Shown here one piece after another: positions 28,916 through 37,844 of a stretch of 64,000 nt of DNA. The notes below the pieces were generated by a model that saw only the letters and a list, made by a program, of their open reading frames with translations, did not search any database and was not told where the DNA came from. Origin of the DNA: Candidatus Eiseniibacteriota bacterium (GTDB lineage Bacteria > Eisenbacteria > RBG-16-71-46 > DASYSL01). How positions within the stretch are numbered: position 1 is the stretch's first letter; every line of letters starts with the position of its first letter. The stretch is taken from assembly GCA_046598045.1 (NCBI GenBank), contig JBKJJJ010000215.1, positions 62,645-126,644 of the forward strand, given 5' to 3'. The translations under genes were made by a program, and so were the position numbers.

Positions 28916-29295
28916 ACCGCAGCCATTTCAGCATCGCGCTCGTTGCCGCGCTCGCCCTCGCCCTCGCGGGCTGTGGCGGCGCCAAGACCGCTGCCCAGAA
29001 GGAGTCCCCCATGCCCATCGCCGCTGCCGGAGCGCAGGAAGTGCACCTCACCGTGACCGACGCCGGCTTCGAGCCGGCCCAGATCACGGTCGCCAAGGAC
29101 CGCCCGATCACGCTGTCGGTGACGCGCAAGACCGACTCGACCTGCGCGCGCGAGATCGTGTTCAAGGAGATCGACCTGAAGCGCGACCTGCCGCTCAACC
29201 AGGAAGTGCGGATCGACCTGCCGGCGCGGGCGTCGGGCACGCTCAACTACGCCTGTGGCATGGACATGATCAAGGGCAGCCTCGTCGTCCAGTAG
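28912..29295 (+). CDS. Cupredoxin-like (CupA-type) lipoprotein
   Basis: Lipobox LAGC; GFEPAQI, TCAREIVF, YACGMDMIKG. Confidence 0.85.
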   Translation: MNRSHFSIALVAALALALAGCGGAKTAAQKESPMPIAAAGAQEVHLTVTDAGFEPAQITVAKDRPITLSVTRKTDSTCAREIVFKEIDLKRDLPLNQEVRIDLPARASGTLNYACGMDMIKGSLVVQ

Positions 29296-29337
29296 TCCGT
29301 CGGACCGGAGCTCGGCGGGCGTGCTAGAGTGGACGGC

Positions 29338-30162
29338 ATGAGCCTGAACGACGACGAAGACGAGGACCTCGAAGAGCTGCTGGAACAGGCCGAGACCGCG
29401 CTCGACGCGGGCGACGTGGACCGCGCGCTCGAGTTGCTCGATGACCCGGCGCACGAGGACGAGGCGCACCCCGACCTGCGCTCGATGTACGGGCTCGCGC
29501 TCTATTATGGCGGCGAGTACGAGGAGGCGTTCGACTACCTGCTCGAGGCGGTGGATCACGATCCGGACGACGCCGAGTGCCGTGGCGCGCTCGGCGTCTG
29601 TCATTTCTACCGGCTCGAGTTCGTCACCGCCGAGAAGGAACTGCGCCGCGCGATCCTGACCGAGAACGACTGGGCCGAGGCGCATTACTGGCTCGGTCGC
29701 GTGCTCGAGTACCGCGGGCGCTACCCCGAGGCGATGATCGCGTTCCAGAAAGCGCAGACGCTCGACAAGGAGCACTACCTCGCGCCGCGCCGGATTCGCG
29801 ATGAGGATCTCGACGCCGTGATGCAGGAGGCGATCGCCGTGCTGCCGCCGCGCATCAAGTCGGCGGTCGACGACGTCGCGATCCTGGTCGAGGAATATCC
29901 GACCGAGGAGCTGCTCAAGGAGACCGACCCGCCGTTCCCGCCCGACATCCTCGGCATGTTCACGGGCACCTCGCGCGCCGAGCGCGGCGCGGGCGTCTCC
30001 GGCTCGACCCCGAACACGATCCACGTCTTCCGCCGCAACATCGAGCACTTCGTCGGCGAGCGCGAGGAGGTCGTGGACGAACTCCGCGTCACGCTGCTGC
30101 ACGAGATCGGGCACTACCTCGGGATGGATGAAGAGGAACTCGAGGCGCTCGGGCTGGAGTGA
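29338..30162 (+). CDS. TPR-repeat protein with zincin-like (DUF1025) metallopeptidase domain
   Basis: TPR-like helices (AEAHYWLGRVLE); ILGMFTG, TLLHEIGHYLGMDEEEL. Confidence 0.88.
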   Translation: MSLNDDEDEDLEELLEQAETALDAGDVDRALELLDDPAHEDEAHPDLRSMYGLALYYGGEYEEAFDYLLEAVDHDPDDAECRGALGVCHFYRLEFVTAEKELRRAILTENDWAEAHYWLGRVLEYRGRYPEAMIAFQKAQTLDKEHYLAPRRIRDEDLDAVMQEAIAVLPPRIKSAVDDVAILVEEYPTEELLKETDPPFPPDILGMFTGTSRAERGAGVSGSTPNTIHVFRRNIEHFVGEREEVVDELRVTLLHEIGHYLGMDEEELEALGLE

Positions 30163-30199
30163 GGGCATCCCGGCTCGGGATCGTTCGATAGGAGGACCC

Positions 30200-30736
30200 G
30201 TGGCGTACATTCCCTACATACCCGAGGATGGGATTCCGCTGGAGGATCGGGTCCCTGACCGCGATCACATCCTTCGAATCCACGGTGTCCATCCCCGCGT
30301 CATGCGCCAGCACTTCGAGCTCTATCGCGAGCTCATGCATCACGCCGGCCCGCTTTCCCGCGAGCAACGGGAGAGCGTAGCAATCGTGATCTCCGGCGCC
30401 AATGGGTGCCACTACTGACTCGTCCACCACCGGGCGGGCCTGCGGGGCCTGCTCGAACGGGCCGGTCGGCCTGCAGGGGAGATCGAGGCCCTGGTGAGCG
30501 CGCTGGCGCGAGACTATCGGGCAGCCATTCTCACGCCAGCCGATCGGGCGATGCTCGACTACGCGGAGAAACTGACGCTTCGTCCGGGGGCCATGACCGG
30601 AGCGGATGTCGATCAGCTTCGAACCGCGGGGTTCGACGATCTCGCAATTCACGATCTGTGCGCGATCGTGGCATACTTCGCTTTCGTCAACCGGATCGCC
30701 GACGGTCTGGGCGTCGAATTGGAGGCGCCCCGATAG
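30200..30736 (+). CDS. AhpD/carboxymuconolactone decarboxylase-like peroxidase; probable selenoprotein (Sec at TGA 30416-30418)
   Basis: Single frame: LSREQRESVAIVISGANGCHY-TGA-LVHH...YAEKLTLRP...GFDD.AIHD...FVNRIADGLG; the TGA occupies the second Cys of CxxC; hairpin follows. Confidence 0.8.
30431..30455 (+). promoter_or_regulatory. Putative bacterial SECIS hairpin
   Basis: CGGGCGGGCC/GGCCTGCTCG 10-bp stem (with GU pairs) and UGCGG loop, starting 12 nt after the UGA. Confidence 0.6.
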
Positions 30737-30803
30737 TCGCCGATCGCAGCGCTCGCAATCGTCGGGCCGAGGCGCTCAGGTGGCCGCAATGGGAGAGCGA
30801 ACG

Positions 30804-31241
30804 ATGACCGGCGCCTCGTGGGCGATCTTCTTCGCTCGCGGGATCCTCGGGCTGATCTTCTTCATGGCGGGGTGCTGGAAAGTGTTTCAGCTCGGACCCC
30901 TCGAGCATGCCCGCCGCCTCTTCGTGGAGCCCTACGCCCATACTCTCCTGCCGACCTGGTCGCTTTGGGCCACGGGTGCTACGGTTCCCATCGTGGAATT
31001 GCTCGCCGGTGGGCTCCTGCTCGTAGGCTGGCTCAAGCGTCCGGCGTTGATCGCGCTGGGCTTCGTGCTCCTGCTGGTGACTTTCGGCCACTTGTTGCTC
31101 GAGCCCCTCTACGCCTTCCACTCCCACGTCTTCCCGCGAGCCGTACTTCTGTTGTTCCTTCTGCTTGCGCCGAACCGACAGGATCGCCTCTCCCTGGATG
31201 ACTGGCTCACGCGTCGAGCTTCGCGCGAGACCGATAAATAG
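30804..31241 (+). CDS. DoxX family membrane protein
   Basis: ARGILGLIFFMAGCWK, VELLAGGLLLVG, RLSLD. Confidence 0.82.
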   Translation: MTGASWAIFFARGILGLIFFMAGCWKVFQLGPLEHARRLFVEPYAHTLLPTWSLWATGATVPIVELLAGGLLLVGWLKRPALIALGFVLLLVTFGHLLLEPLYAFHSHVFPRAVLLLFLLLAPNRQDRLSLDDWLTRRASRETDK

Positions 31242-31435
31242 TCGTCACTTCGCTCGACCACCCCGCGTAGACCCCCCGGACAGCGGATGGTGGTCCCAGC
31301 GCGTCCAACCAACCACCAGTCTCCCTCAGCGGCCGAAGGACCGGGCGCGTCGGCTGATCGGGGACCCGCCGGGCCGTTCGATCGACCCGCGGCGTTTTCT
31401 CGCGTTCGTCCACTGGGAAAGCAGGAAACCCAACC

Positions 31436-33154
31436 ATGACATGCACGAACTCTGTTCGTATCGTGAGCGCGATCTTGTCGAGTCTTGCGCTCGCAGGACT
31501 CGTCGGCGCAGCCCAGGCGCGCTCTTCCGCCGCCGACCAGCAGGCCGTTGCCCATCGCGGCGATGTTCGCGATCTGCCACCGCCGCTGCGGGATCGGCTC
31601 GTGGAACTCGCGGGCCGTCCGCACAGCTACCTTCCGCTCACTGCGTTCGCCGAGGCGAGTTCTCCGAGTCTGCTGACCCAGTATTACCTCCTCGATACGC
31701 GGGACTTCCAACCGAACGTGTTCACCAGCCGCGTCGCTGGAATCAATGATCGGGCGATCCCAACGGGAACCGGCGCCAACGGGGGCCTGGCCACGATCGG
31801 ATCGGTTCGCGTCGTGCTCGAGCCCAAGCCGGGCTTGCCGACCAACCCGAACGACGTGCGGGCTTTCATCGACGTGTTCACCGACGTCTCAGGCCTGTTC
31901 GTCATCAACAACGAATCCGGTTGGTACGAGGGTTGGTTGATTCGGGATGTCCGCGTTCCGCCCATCGCTCCGGCGAAGCCGGATGGTTCCGCTCAGTTCG
32001 GCACGATGACGGCCGCGGATGCCGTGGCGATCGCGGCCATGGGGTCCGGCAACAACGTCTCCGGGCACATCTTCAGCACGGACGGCAATGCGGTCCACTT
32101 CCCCGCCGCGAATGACCGCTTCCCGGAGCTGCAGAGCAATGTGGTTCCGTTTCCGGTCAGTATCGGCGACTTCAATGCCCAGCAGCAGAGTGACATTCAT
32201 GCCTACTGGGAATTCAACCCGGGAACGAATTGGACGTTTCCTCATCTCGAGCTTCCCGGCACCGGCGGGCTTCCCGGCACCTTCGCGGGCGGGCTTCAGT
32301 ACGCGCCGCAGTTCCAGTCGCTCGTCCCGGGTTCGGGTCCCGGAGTCGGGGGACACATCAACAGCTCACAGCAGTACGGCGACAACCCCGACAATCCGCG
32401 GGATCCGGATCGGACCGAAGCATCGGATCCGTCCCAGCGTGAAACCAGGAATCGATTCATCCCCAGCAATCTGACCGAGGAGCTCCTGCTCGACGTGTTC
32501 GTTCGCGTGACCTCGTTCGAGCCGGGTGTCGGCCTGCCGCAACGGTTGCTCGATGCCTATGCAATCGAGGTTGCGAGGGTCGACCAGAACAATGACGGCG
32601 TGATCTCCTTCGTGGAGGCGGACGTGAACGGCACGTCGGACGGGTTGCCCAACACCCGACTCTACTTGCCGGTCACCGCTTTCAACCGTTTCGCCATCAC
32701 GCGCGAGCTGAATGATGGATTTCTCGCGCCGCGCTTCGCCCCGAGCCAGCGCGCCTACGTGCTTGGCGGCGCCGTCACCCTCGCGGGACCGGGGATCCCG
32801 GCTTCGATACCCCAGGACGCGGACAATCGGAGCCTGCCTCCGCCCCCGGCTCAGCCGGAGGCGCTGGTGGATCCGTCGCGCGCGCGACTCCAGTTCGCGG
32901 GCGCGAATCCGAGTACGAACGGTGGGCGGATCGACTTTTTCCTGCCGCGGAGCGGCCAGGCGCGGCTGGAAATCTTCAACGTCAACGGGGGGCTCGTCCG
33001 TACGCTTCTTCGCGGCGACGTGGAGGCGGGAGCCGGTTCGGTGGTTTGGGACGGCCGCGCGGAAAGCGGAACGACCGCGGGGGCCGGAGTCTACTTCGCG
33101 ACTCTGAGCGGAGTGGGCGAACGGGTCAGTCAGAAACTCATCGTCACGCAATAA
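31436..33154 (+). CDS. Secreted protein with C-terminal FlgD-Ig / T9SS-like domain
   Basis: Signal peptide; EF-hand-like DQNNDGVISFVE; tail ANPS..IDF...LEIFNVNG.LVRTL...WDG...GVYF...QKLIVTQ. Confidence 0.75.
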   Translation: MTCTNSVRIVSAILSSLALAGLVGAAQARSSAADQQAVAHRGDVRDLPPPLRDRLVELAGRPHSYLPLTAFAEASSPSLLTQYYLLDTRDFQPNVFTSRVAGINDRAIPTGTGANGGLATIGSVRVVLEPKPGLPTNPNDVRAFIDVFTDVSGLFVINNESGWYEGWLIRDVRVPPIAPAKPDGSAQFGTMTAADAVAIAAMGSGNNVSGHIFSTDGNAVHFPAANDRFPELQSNVVPFPVSIGDFNAQQQSDIHAYWEFNPGTNWTFPHLELPGTGGLPGTFAGGLQYAPQFQSLVPGSGPGVGGHINSSQQYGDNPDNPRDPDRTEASDPSQRETRNRFIPSNLTEELLLDVFVRVTSFEPGVGLPQRLLDAYAIEVARVDQNNDGVISFVEADVNGTSDGLPNTRLYLPVTAFNRFAITRELNDGFLAPRFAPSQRAYVLGGAVTLAGPGIPASIPQDADNRSLPPPPAQPEALVDPSRARLQFAGANPSTNGGRIDFFLPRSGQARLEIFNVNGGLVRTLLRGDVEAGAGSVVWDGRAESGTTAGAGVYFATLSGVGERVSQKLIVTQ

Positions 33155-33244
33155 CCTTCGCCGAGCCGGAACCAAGCACCGCACGACCAGGCGAGAACGG
33201 CCACCCTCGTTGCCTGTGGGTGGTCGTTCCGACCTCGCCTGTCC

Positions 33245-34015
33245 TCACGCGCCCCTCGCCAGCTCGAGCAACTGCGCGTGCAGCTCCGCATTCGCCGCCA
33301 GCCCCGAGCGCACCGGCCAGCGCCTTACGCCGTCGAGGTCGGTGTACTTCGCGCCCGCCTCCTCGAACAGCACCGGGAACGGGCCGATGTCCCACAGCGC
33401 GACGTCGAACTCGAGGCACGCGTCGACGTGGCCTGCGAGCACGAGTGCCGGGCCGCGCGCGTCGCCGTAGCCGCGCGCGAGCCCGACCGAGCCGACGAGC
33501 CGGCGGAAACCATCGTCGCCCAGCATGCGCAGCCCGTTCGAGAGTTGCCCGAGTGTGACCACGGCATTCGACAGGTCGGTGGTCTGCGAGACGCGCACCT
33601 GCGCACCATTGCGGGTCGTGCCGAGCCCGCGCGCCGCGGCATAGAGCTCGCCATGCGCGGGCAGGTTGAGGATGCCGACCACGACCTCGCCGTCGGCCTC
33701 GAGCGCGATCAGGTTCGACCAGTCGGGGATGCCGCGCAGGAACGGACGCGTGCCGTCGATCGGGTCCACGATCCAGCGCCGGCCGCTCGGGCCGGGCGCG
33801 TCGCCCGACTCCTCGGTCAGGATGCCGTCCTCGGGGAACGCGGCCTTGAGCGCTTCGATGATCACGCGATCGGCGGCGTGGTCGGCCTCGCTGACGGGAG
33901 AGCGGTCGGACTTGATCGTGACCCGCGGGTCCTTCTTGAAATAGCCGAGCGCCACGCGTCCCGCTTCCTGTGCGGCGCGCGTCGCGACCTCGAGTTCGTG
34001 CTCCCACCTGGCCAA
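33245..34015 (-). CDS. Inositol monophosphatase family protein (histidinol-phosphatase-like)
   Basis: KSDRSPVSEAD, LTEES, WIVDPIDGT, LWDI. Confidence 0.88.
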   Translation of the reverse strand: MARWEHELEVATRAAQEAGRVALGYFKKDPRVTIKSDRSPVSEADHAADRVIIEALKAAFPEDGILTEESGDAPGPSGRRWIVDPIDGTRPFLRGIPDWSNLIALEADGEVVVGILNLPAHGELYAAARGLGTTRNGAQVRVSQTTDLSNAVVTLGQLSNGLRMLGDDGFRRLVGSVGLARGYGDARGPALVLAGHVDACLEFDVALWDIGPFPVLFEEAGAKYTDLDGVRRWPVRSGLAANAELHAQLLELARGA

Positions 34016-34143
34016 GCGAGCCTCCCCATGTCCTACTGATGCGCTAGGGCATGCCTAGCATGATGCGGCATCGGTTTTTCGGCTTCACGCCGAATTGAAA
34101 CCTGTTGACGCTCATAGAGGCGCGTTGCTAACGTCCGCGCGGC

Positions 34144-34161
34144 TTGAGAAATATTTCACGA
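34144..34161. promoter_or_regulatory. Rex operator-like site upstream of the act operon
   Basis: TTGAGAA-ATAT-TTCACGA, 12/14 match to TTGTGAA-N4-TTCACAA, just downstream of TTGACG-N18-TAACGT. Confidence 0.7.
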
Positions 34162-34236
34162 CCGATGGCGCCCTCTTCTTCGCCGACGGCTCGAGTTACG
34201 GACCACGCGTTCCATAGAAGGAATCGCCGCCGCCCG

Positions 34237-34824
34237 ATGACCCGCACTCGCATGACCTTGATCGTCGGCTTCGCGCTCGGAGTGTGCGCCCTCGTGTTCG
34301 GCGCCACCTCGCTCCAGGCGGCCAAGCCCACGGACACGCTCAATCCGGGCATTCCGACGGCGCCCAAGGGCCCCGCCCTCGAGCAGCCCATCCACTATAG
34401 CCACAAGCTGCACGCCGGAAAGCTCGGGATTGACTGCGGCTACTGCCACACCAACGTGGACAAGTCTCCGGTCGCGAACTATCCGAACGTCGAGACCTGC
34501 ATGAACTGCCACCGCTACATCAAGCACACCAGCACCCAGACCAAGGACAGCCCCCAGATCGCGAGGCTGACCAAGTATTACGACGACAAGCAGGCGATTC
34601 CCTGGGTGCAGGTGCACTGGCTGCCCGACCACGTGGGCTTCAACCACAAGCGCCACGTCAAGGCGGGGGTGAGCTGCTTCACCTGCCACGGCGACGTGCG
34701 CACGATGGACGTCGTCTATCGGGTGAACAATCTCGGAATGGGATTCTGTGTCGGCTGTCACAAGGCGAACCGCGAGAACGCGGCGCACCCGGCGAGTCTC
34801 GACTGTTACACCTGCCACAGGTAG
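34237..34824 (+). CDS. actA: Alternative complex III pentaheme cytochrome c
   Basis: Five CxxCH motifs; EQPIHYSHKLHAG, WVQVHWLPDHV. Confidence 0.9.
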   Translation: MTRTRMTLIVGFALGVCALVFGATSLQAAKPTDTLNPGIPTAPKGPALEQPIHYSHKLHAGKLGIDCGYCHTNVDKSPVANYPNVETCMNCHRYIKHTSTQTKDSPQIARLTKYYDDKQAIPWVQVHWLPDHVGFNHKRHVKAGVSCFTCHGDVRTMDVVYRVNNLGMGFCVGCHKANRENAAHPASLDCYTCHR

Positions 34825-34834
34825 GGACGAGGGC

Positions 34835-37834
34835 ATGAGCGACGAGACCACAGGCCAGCTGAACTCGCTGAAGCGGCGCGACTTCCTCAAGCTCGCGGGC
34901 GTCACTGCGGCCGCCACCACGGCGGCGGGGTGCCTCGAGTTCCCGCCGCCGCCATCGCGCCTCTACCCGTATGTCACGCCGCCCGAGAACGTGATTCCGG
35001 GCGTCGCCACCTACTATGCGTCGACCTGCCGCGAGTGCCCGGCGGGCTGCGGTTTGCACATCAAGACGCGCGAAGGCCGCGCGATCAAGGTCGAAGGCAA
35101 CCCGAACCATCCGGTCAACCAGGGTGGCCTCTGCCAGCGCGGTCAGGCGGCGATGCACGGCCTCTACAACCCCGATCGCTGGACCGCGCCGATGGTTCGC
35201 CAGTCGGACGGCTCGTTCCTGAAGACGACCTGGGAAGAGGGCCTGCGCATCCTCGCCGACAAGCTCAAGGCGCGCTCGGGCGCGGTCCAGTTCTGGACCG
35301 GACAGGAGACGGGCACGCGCGAGCTGGTATACGACGCATTCACGAGCGCGCTCACGCCCGCCTCGCGCGTCGCCTACGAGCCGTTCTCGTGGGAGGCGGT
35401 GCGCGAGGGCAACCGGCTCGCATTCGGCAAGGCCGTGATCCCGACCTACGACTTCGCGGCGGCGACGACCGTGTTCACGTTCGGTGCGGACTTCATGGAG
35501 ACGTGGATCTCGCCGGTCGAGTACGCGCGCCAGTTCGCACTCAAGCACGGCGCCGACTCGTCGAAGGGCCGCATGGTCGCATTCGAGCCGCGGCTCTCGC
35601 TCACCGGCTCGAACGCCGACGAGTGGGTCGCGATCAAGCCCGGCACCGAGGCCATCGCCGCGCTCGCGATGGCGCACGAGATCGTGGCCGCGGGGCTGGC
35701 GAAGGGCCCGACCGGCGGCATCGACCTCGCGAAGTTCGCTCCCGACGCGGTCGCCGAGCAGGTCGGCGTGAAGGCCGAGGTGCTCAAGCGTCTCGCGCGC
35801 GAGTTCGCCGCGCAGGGCCCGGCGCTCGCGATCGCGGGCGGCATCTCCGCGCAGGGCGCGAAGGCCACGCAGGCCGTGGTCGCGGCGAACGTGCTGACCT
35901 CCGTCGCCGGCGGCGTGGGCACGACGATCCGCTTCGACAAGACGCTCAACCTCGGCACGACGGTTTCGGCCGCCGAGGCGGGCAAGGCGGTCGAGGCGAT
36001 GAATGCGAGCGGCGTGGGCGTGCTGCTGGTGCACGGCACCGACCCGGCGTACTCGCTGCCGAAGGCGATGGGCTTCGCCGTCGCGGCGAAGAAGGTCGCG
36101 TTCAAGGTCTCGTTCTCGTCCTATCCCGACGACACCGCGCAGTTGTGCGACCTCATCCTGCCGGATCATCACCCGCTCGAGTCGTGGGGCGATCATCGCG
36201 GCTGGACAGGCGTCAACTCGCTGATCCAGCCGGGCATGCGGCCCGTGTTCGAGACCATGAGCACGCCGGACGTGCTCTATGCGACCGCGAAGACGATCGG
36301 CAAGGACCAGGGCGTGCTCGCGGGGCCAGGCTGGCTCGCGCTGCTCCAGGGCGTGTGGTCGTACAGCTCGTGGGACGTCGCGCTCCAGAACGGCGGCGTG
36401 TTTACCGCGGGCGCCGGTGCGGGCGCCGCCTCGGGCGCGGGCGCCTCGTTGGGCGCGCTCGGCGGCATGGACTTCGCGCCGGCCGAGCTCGCGGGCGACG
36501 CGGGCGGCATGCCGCTCGTGGTCTACCCGTCGCCCAACCTGTACGACGGCCGCGGCGCGAACAAGCCGTGGCTGCAGGAGCTTCCCGACCCGGTGACCAA
36601 GGTGGTGTGGGACCACTGGATCGAGATGCACTCGGAGACCGCGAAGAAGCTCGGCCTCGAGCGCGGCGACCTCGTCAGCGTCAAGACCGCGGCCGGCACG
36701 ATCGAGACCGCGGTCTATGACTCGATCGTGATCCGCCCGGACGTCTTGGCGATGGGCACCGGCCAGGGCCACGCCGCTTACGGCCAGTACGCAAAGGACC
36801 GCGGCGCGAACGCCCTGGCGGCGCTGCCGCTGACGTTCGACGCCTCGGGCGCGCTCGCCTACGTCTCGACGCGGGCGACCATCGCGAAGACCGGCAAGCC
36901 GCACAAGCTGGTGTACGTCGGCGGCGACAAGCTCCAGGGCGGGCAGTCGCACCAGATGGGCCGTGGCGTCGCGCAGGCGATTCCGCTGACCGAGATCGGC
37001 AAGCCCAAGAGCGCGGAGGAGAGGGCGGAAGAGGCGATGCACGAGCCCGGGTTCGCAGGCGCGATCGTGCCGCCCGACCCGATCGCCAACGCCGCGAAGG
37101 AAGCGCCGAACTCGGCCTACGCGCACTTCGCGAACCACCGCTGGGCGATGGCGATCGACCTCAACTCGTGCAACGGCTGCCAGGCCTGCATCGTGGCCTG
37201 TAGCGCCGAGAACAACGTCGCCGTCGTCGGCAAGGAGCAGATCGCCCGCGGGCGCGAGATGATGTGGCTGCGGCTCGAGCGTTACTACCAGGAGAAGGAC
37301 GGCACCGTCGAGGTGCGCCACGTGCCGGTGATGTGCCAGCAGTGCGGCGCGGCGCCGTGCGAGAGCGTGTGCCCGGTGTACGCGACCTATCACAATCCCG
37401 AGGGCCTCAACGCGATGATCTACAACCGTTGCGTGGGGACGCGCTATTGCGCGAACAACTGCCCGTACAAGGTGCGCGCGTTCAACTGGTTCTCGTACAA
37501 GTTCCCGGCGCCGCTCAACTGGCAGCTCAATCCCGACGTGACGGTGCGCGACAAGGGCGTGATGGAGAAGTGCACGTTCTGCATCCAGCGTATCCGCGAC
37601 GCGAAGGACCTTGCGAAGGACGAGAATCGCAAGGTCAAGGACGGCGACGTGCGCACCGCGTGCCAGCAGACCTGCCCGACGCAGGCGATCGTATTCGGCG
37701 ACCTGATGGACCCGGAGAGCGCGATCGTCAAGCGCATCGAGAGCGAGCGGGGCTACAAGATTCTCGGCGACCTGAACACCTATCCGTCCGTGACCTATCT
37801 GAAGAAGGTCACGCGCGGCGTCCCGGCGGTCTGA
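34835..37834 (+). CDS. actB: Alternative complex III molybdopterin-oxidoreductase-like / Fe-S fusion subunit
   Basis: Tat motif KRRDFLK; KVEGNPNHP, WLQELPDPVTK; C-terminal ferredoxin Cys clusters, RCVGTRYCANNCPYKVR, GVMEKCTFC. Confidence 0.92.
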   Translation: MSDETTGQLNSLKRRDFLKLAGVTAAATTAAGCLEFPPPPSRLYPYVTPPENVIPGVATYYASTCRECPAGCGLHIKTREGRAIKVEGNPNHPVNQGGLCQRGQAAMHGLYNPDRWTAPMVRQSDGSFLKTTWEEGLRILADKLKARSGAVQFWTGQETGTRELVYDAFTSALTPASRVAYEPFSWEAVREGNRLAFGKAVIPTYDFAAATTVFTFGADFMETWISPVEYARQFALKHGADSSKGRMVAFEPRLSLTGSNADEWVAIKPGTEAIAALAMAHEIVAAGLAKGPTGGIDLAKFAPDAVAEQVGVKAEVLKRLAREFAAQGPALAIAGGISAQGAKATQAVVAANVLTSVAGGVGTTIRFDKTLNLGTTVSAAEAGKAVEAMNASGVGVLLVHGTDPAYSLPKAMGFAVAAKKVAFKVSFSSYPDDTAQLCDLILPDHHPLESWGDHRGWTGVNSLIQPGMRPVFETMSTPDVLYATAKTIGKDQGVLAGPGWLALLQGVWSYSSWDVALQNGGVFTAGAGAGAASGAGASLGALGGMDFAPAELAGDAGGMPLVVYPSPNLYDGRGANKPWLQELPDPVTKVVWDHWIEMHSETAKKLGLERGDLVSVKTAAGTIETAVYDSIVIRPDVLAMGTGQGHAAYGQYAKDRGANALAALPLTFDASGALAYVSTRATIAKTGKPHKLVYVGGDKLQGGQSHQMGRGVAQAIPLTEIGKPKSAEERAEEAMHEPGFAGAIVPPDPIANAAKEAPNSAYAHFANHRWAMAIDLNSCNGCQACIVACSAENNVAVVGKEQIARGREMMWLRLERYYQEKDGTVEVRHVPVMCQQCGAAPCESVCPVYATYHNPEGLNAMIYNRCVGTRYCANNCPYKVRAFNWFSYKFPAPLNWQLNPDVTVRDKGVMEKCTFCIQRIRDAKDLAKDENRKVKDGDVRTACQQTCPTQAIVFGDLMDPESAIVKRIESERGYKILGDLNTYPSVTYLKKVTRGVPAV

Positions 37835-37844
37835 GGAACACGAC

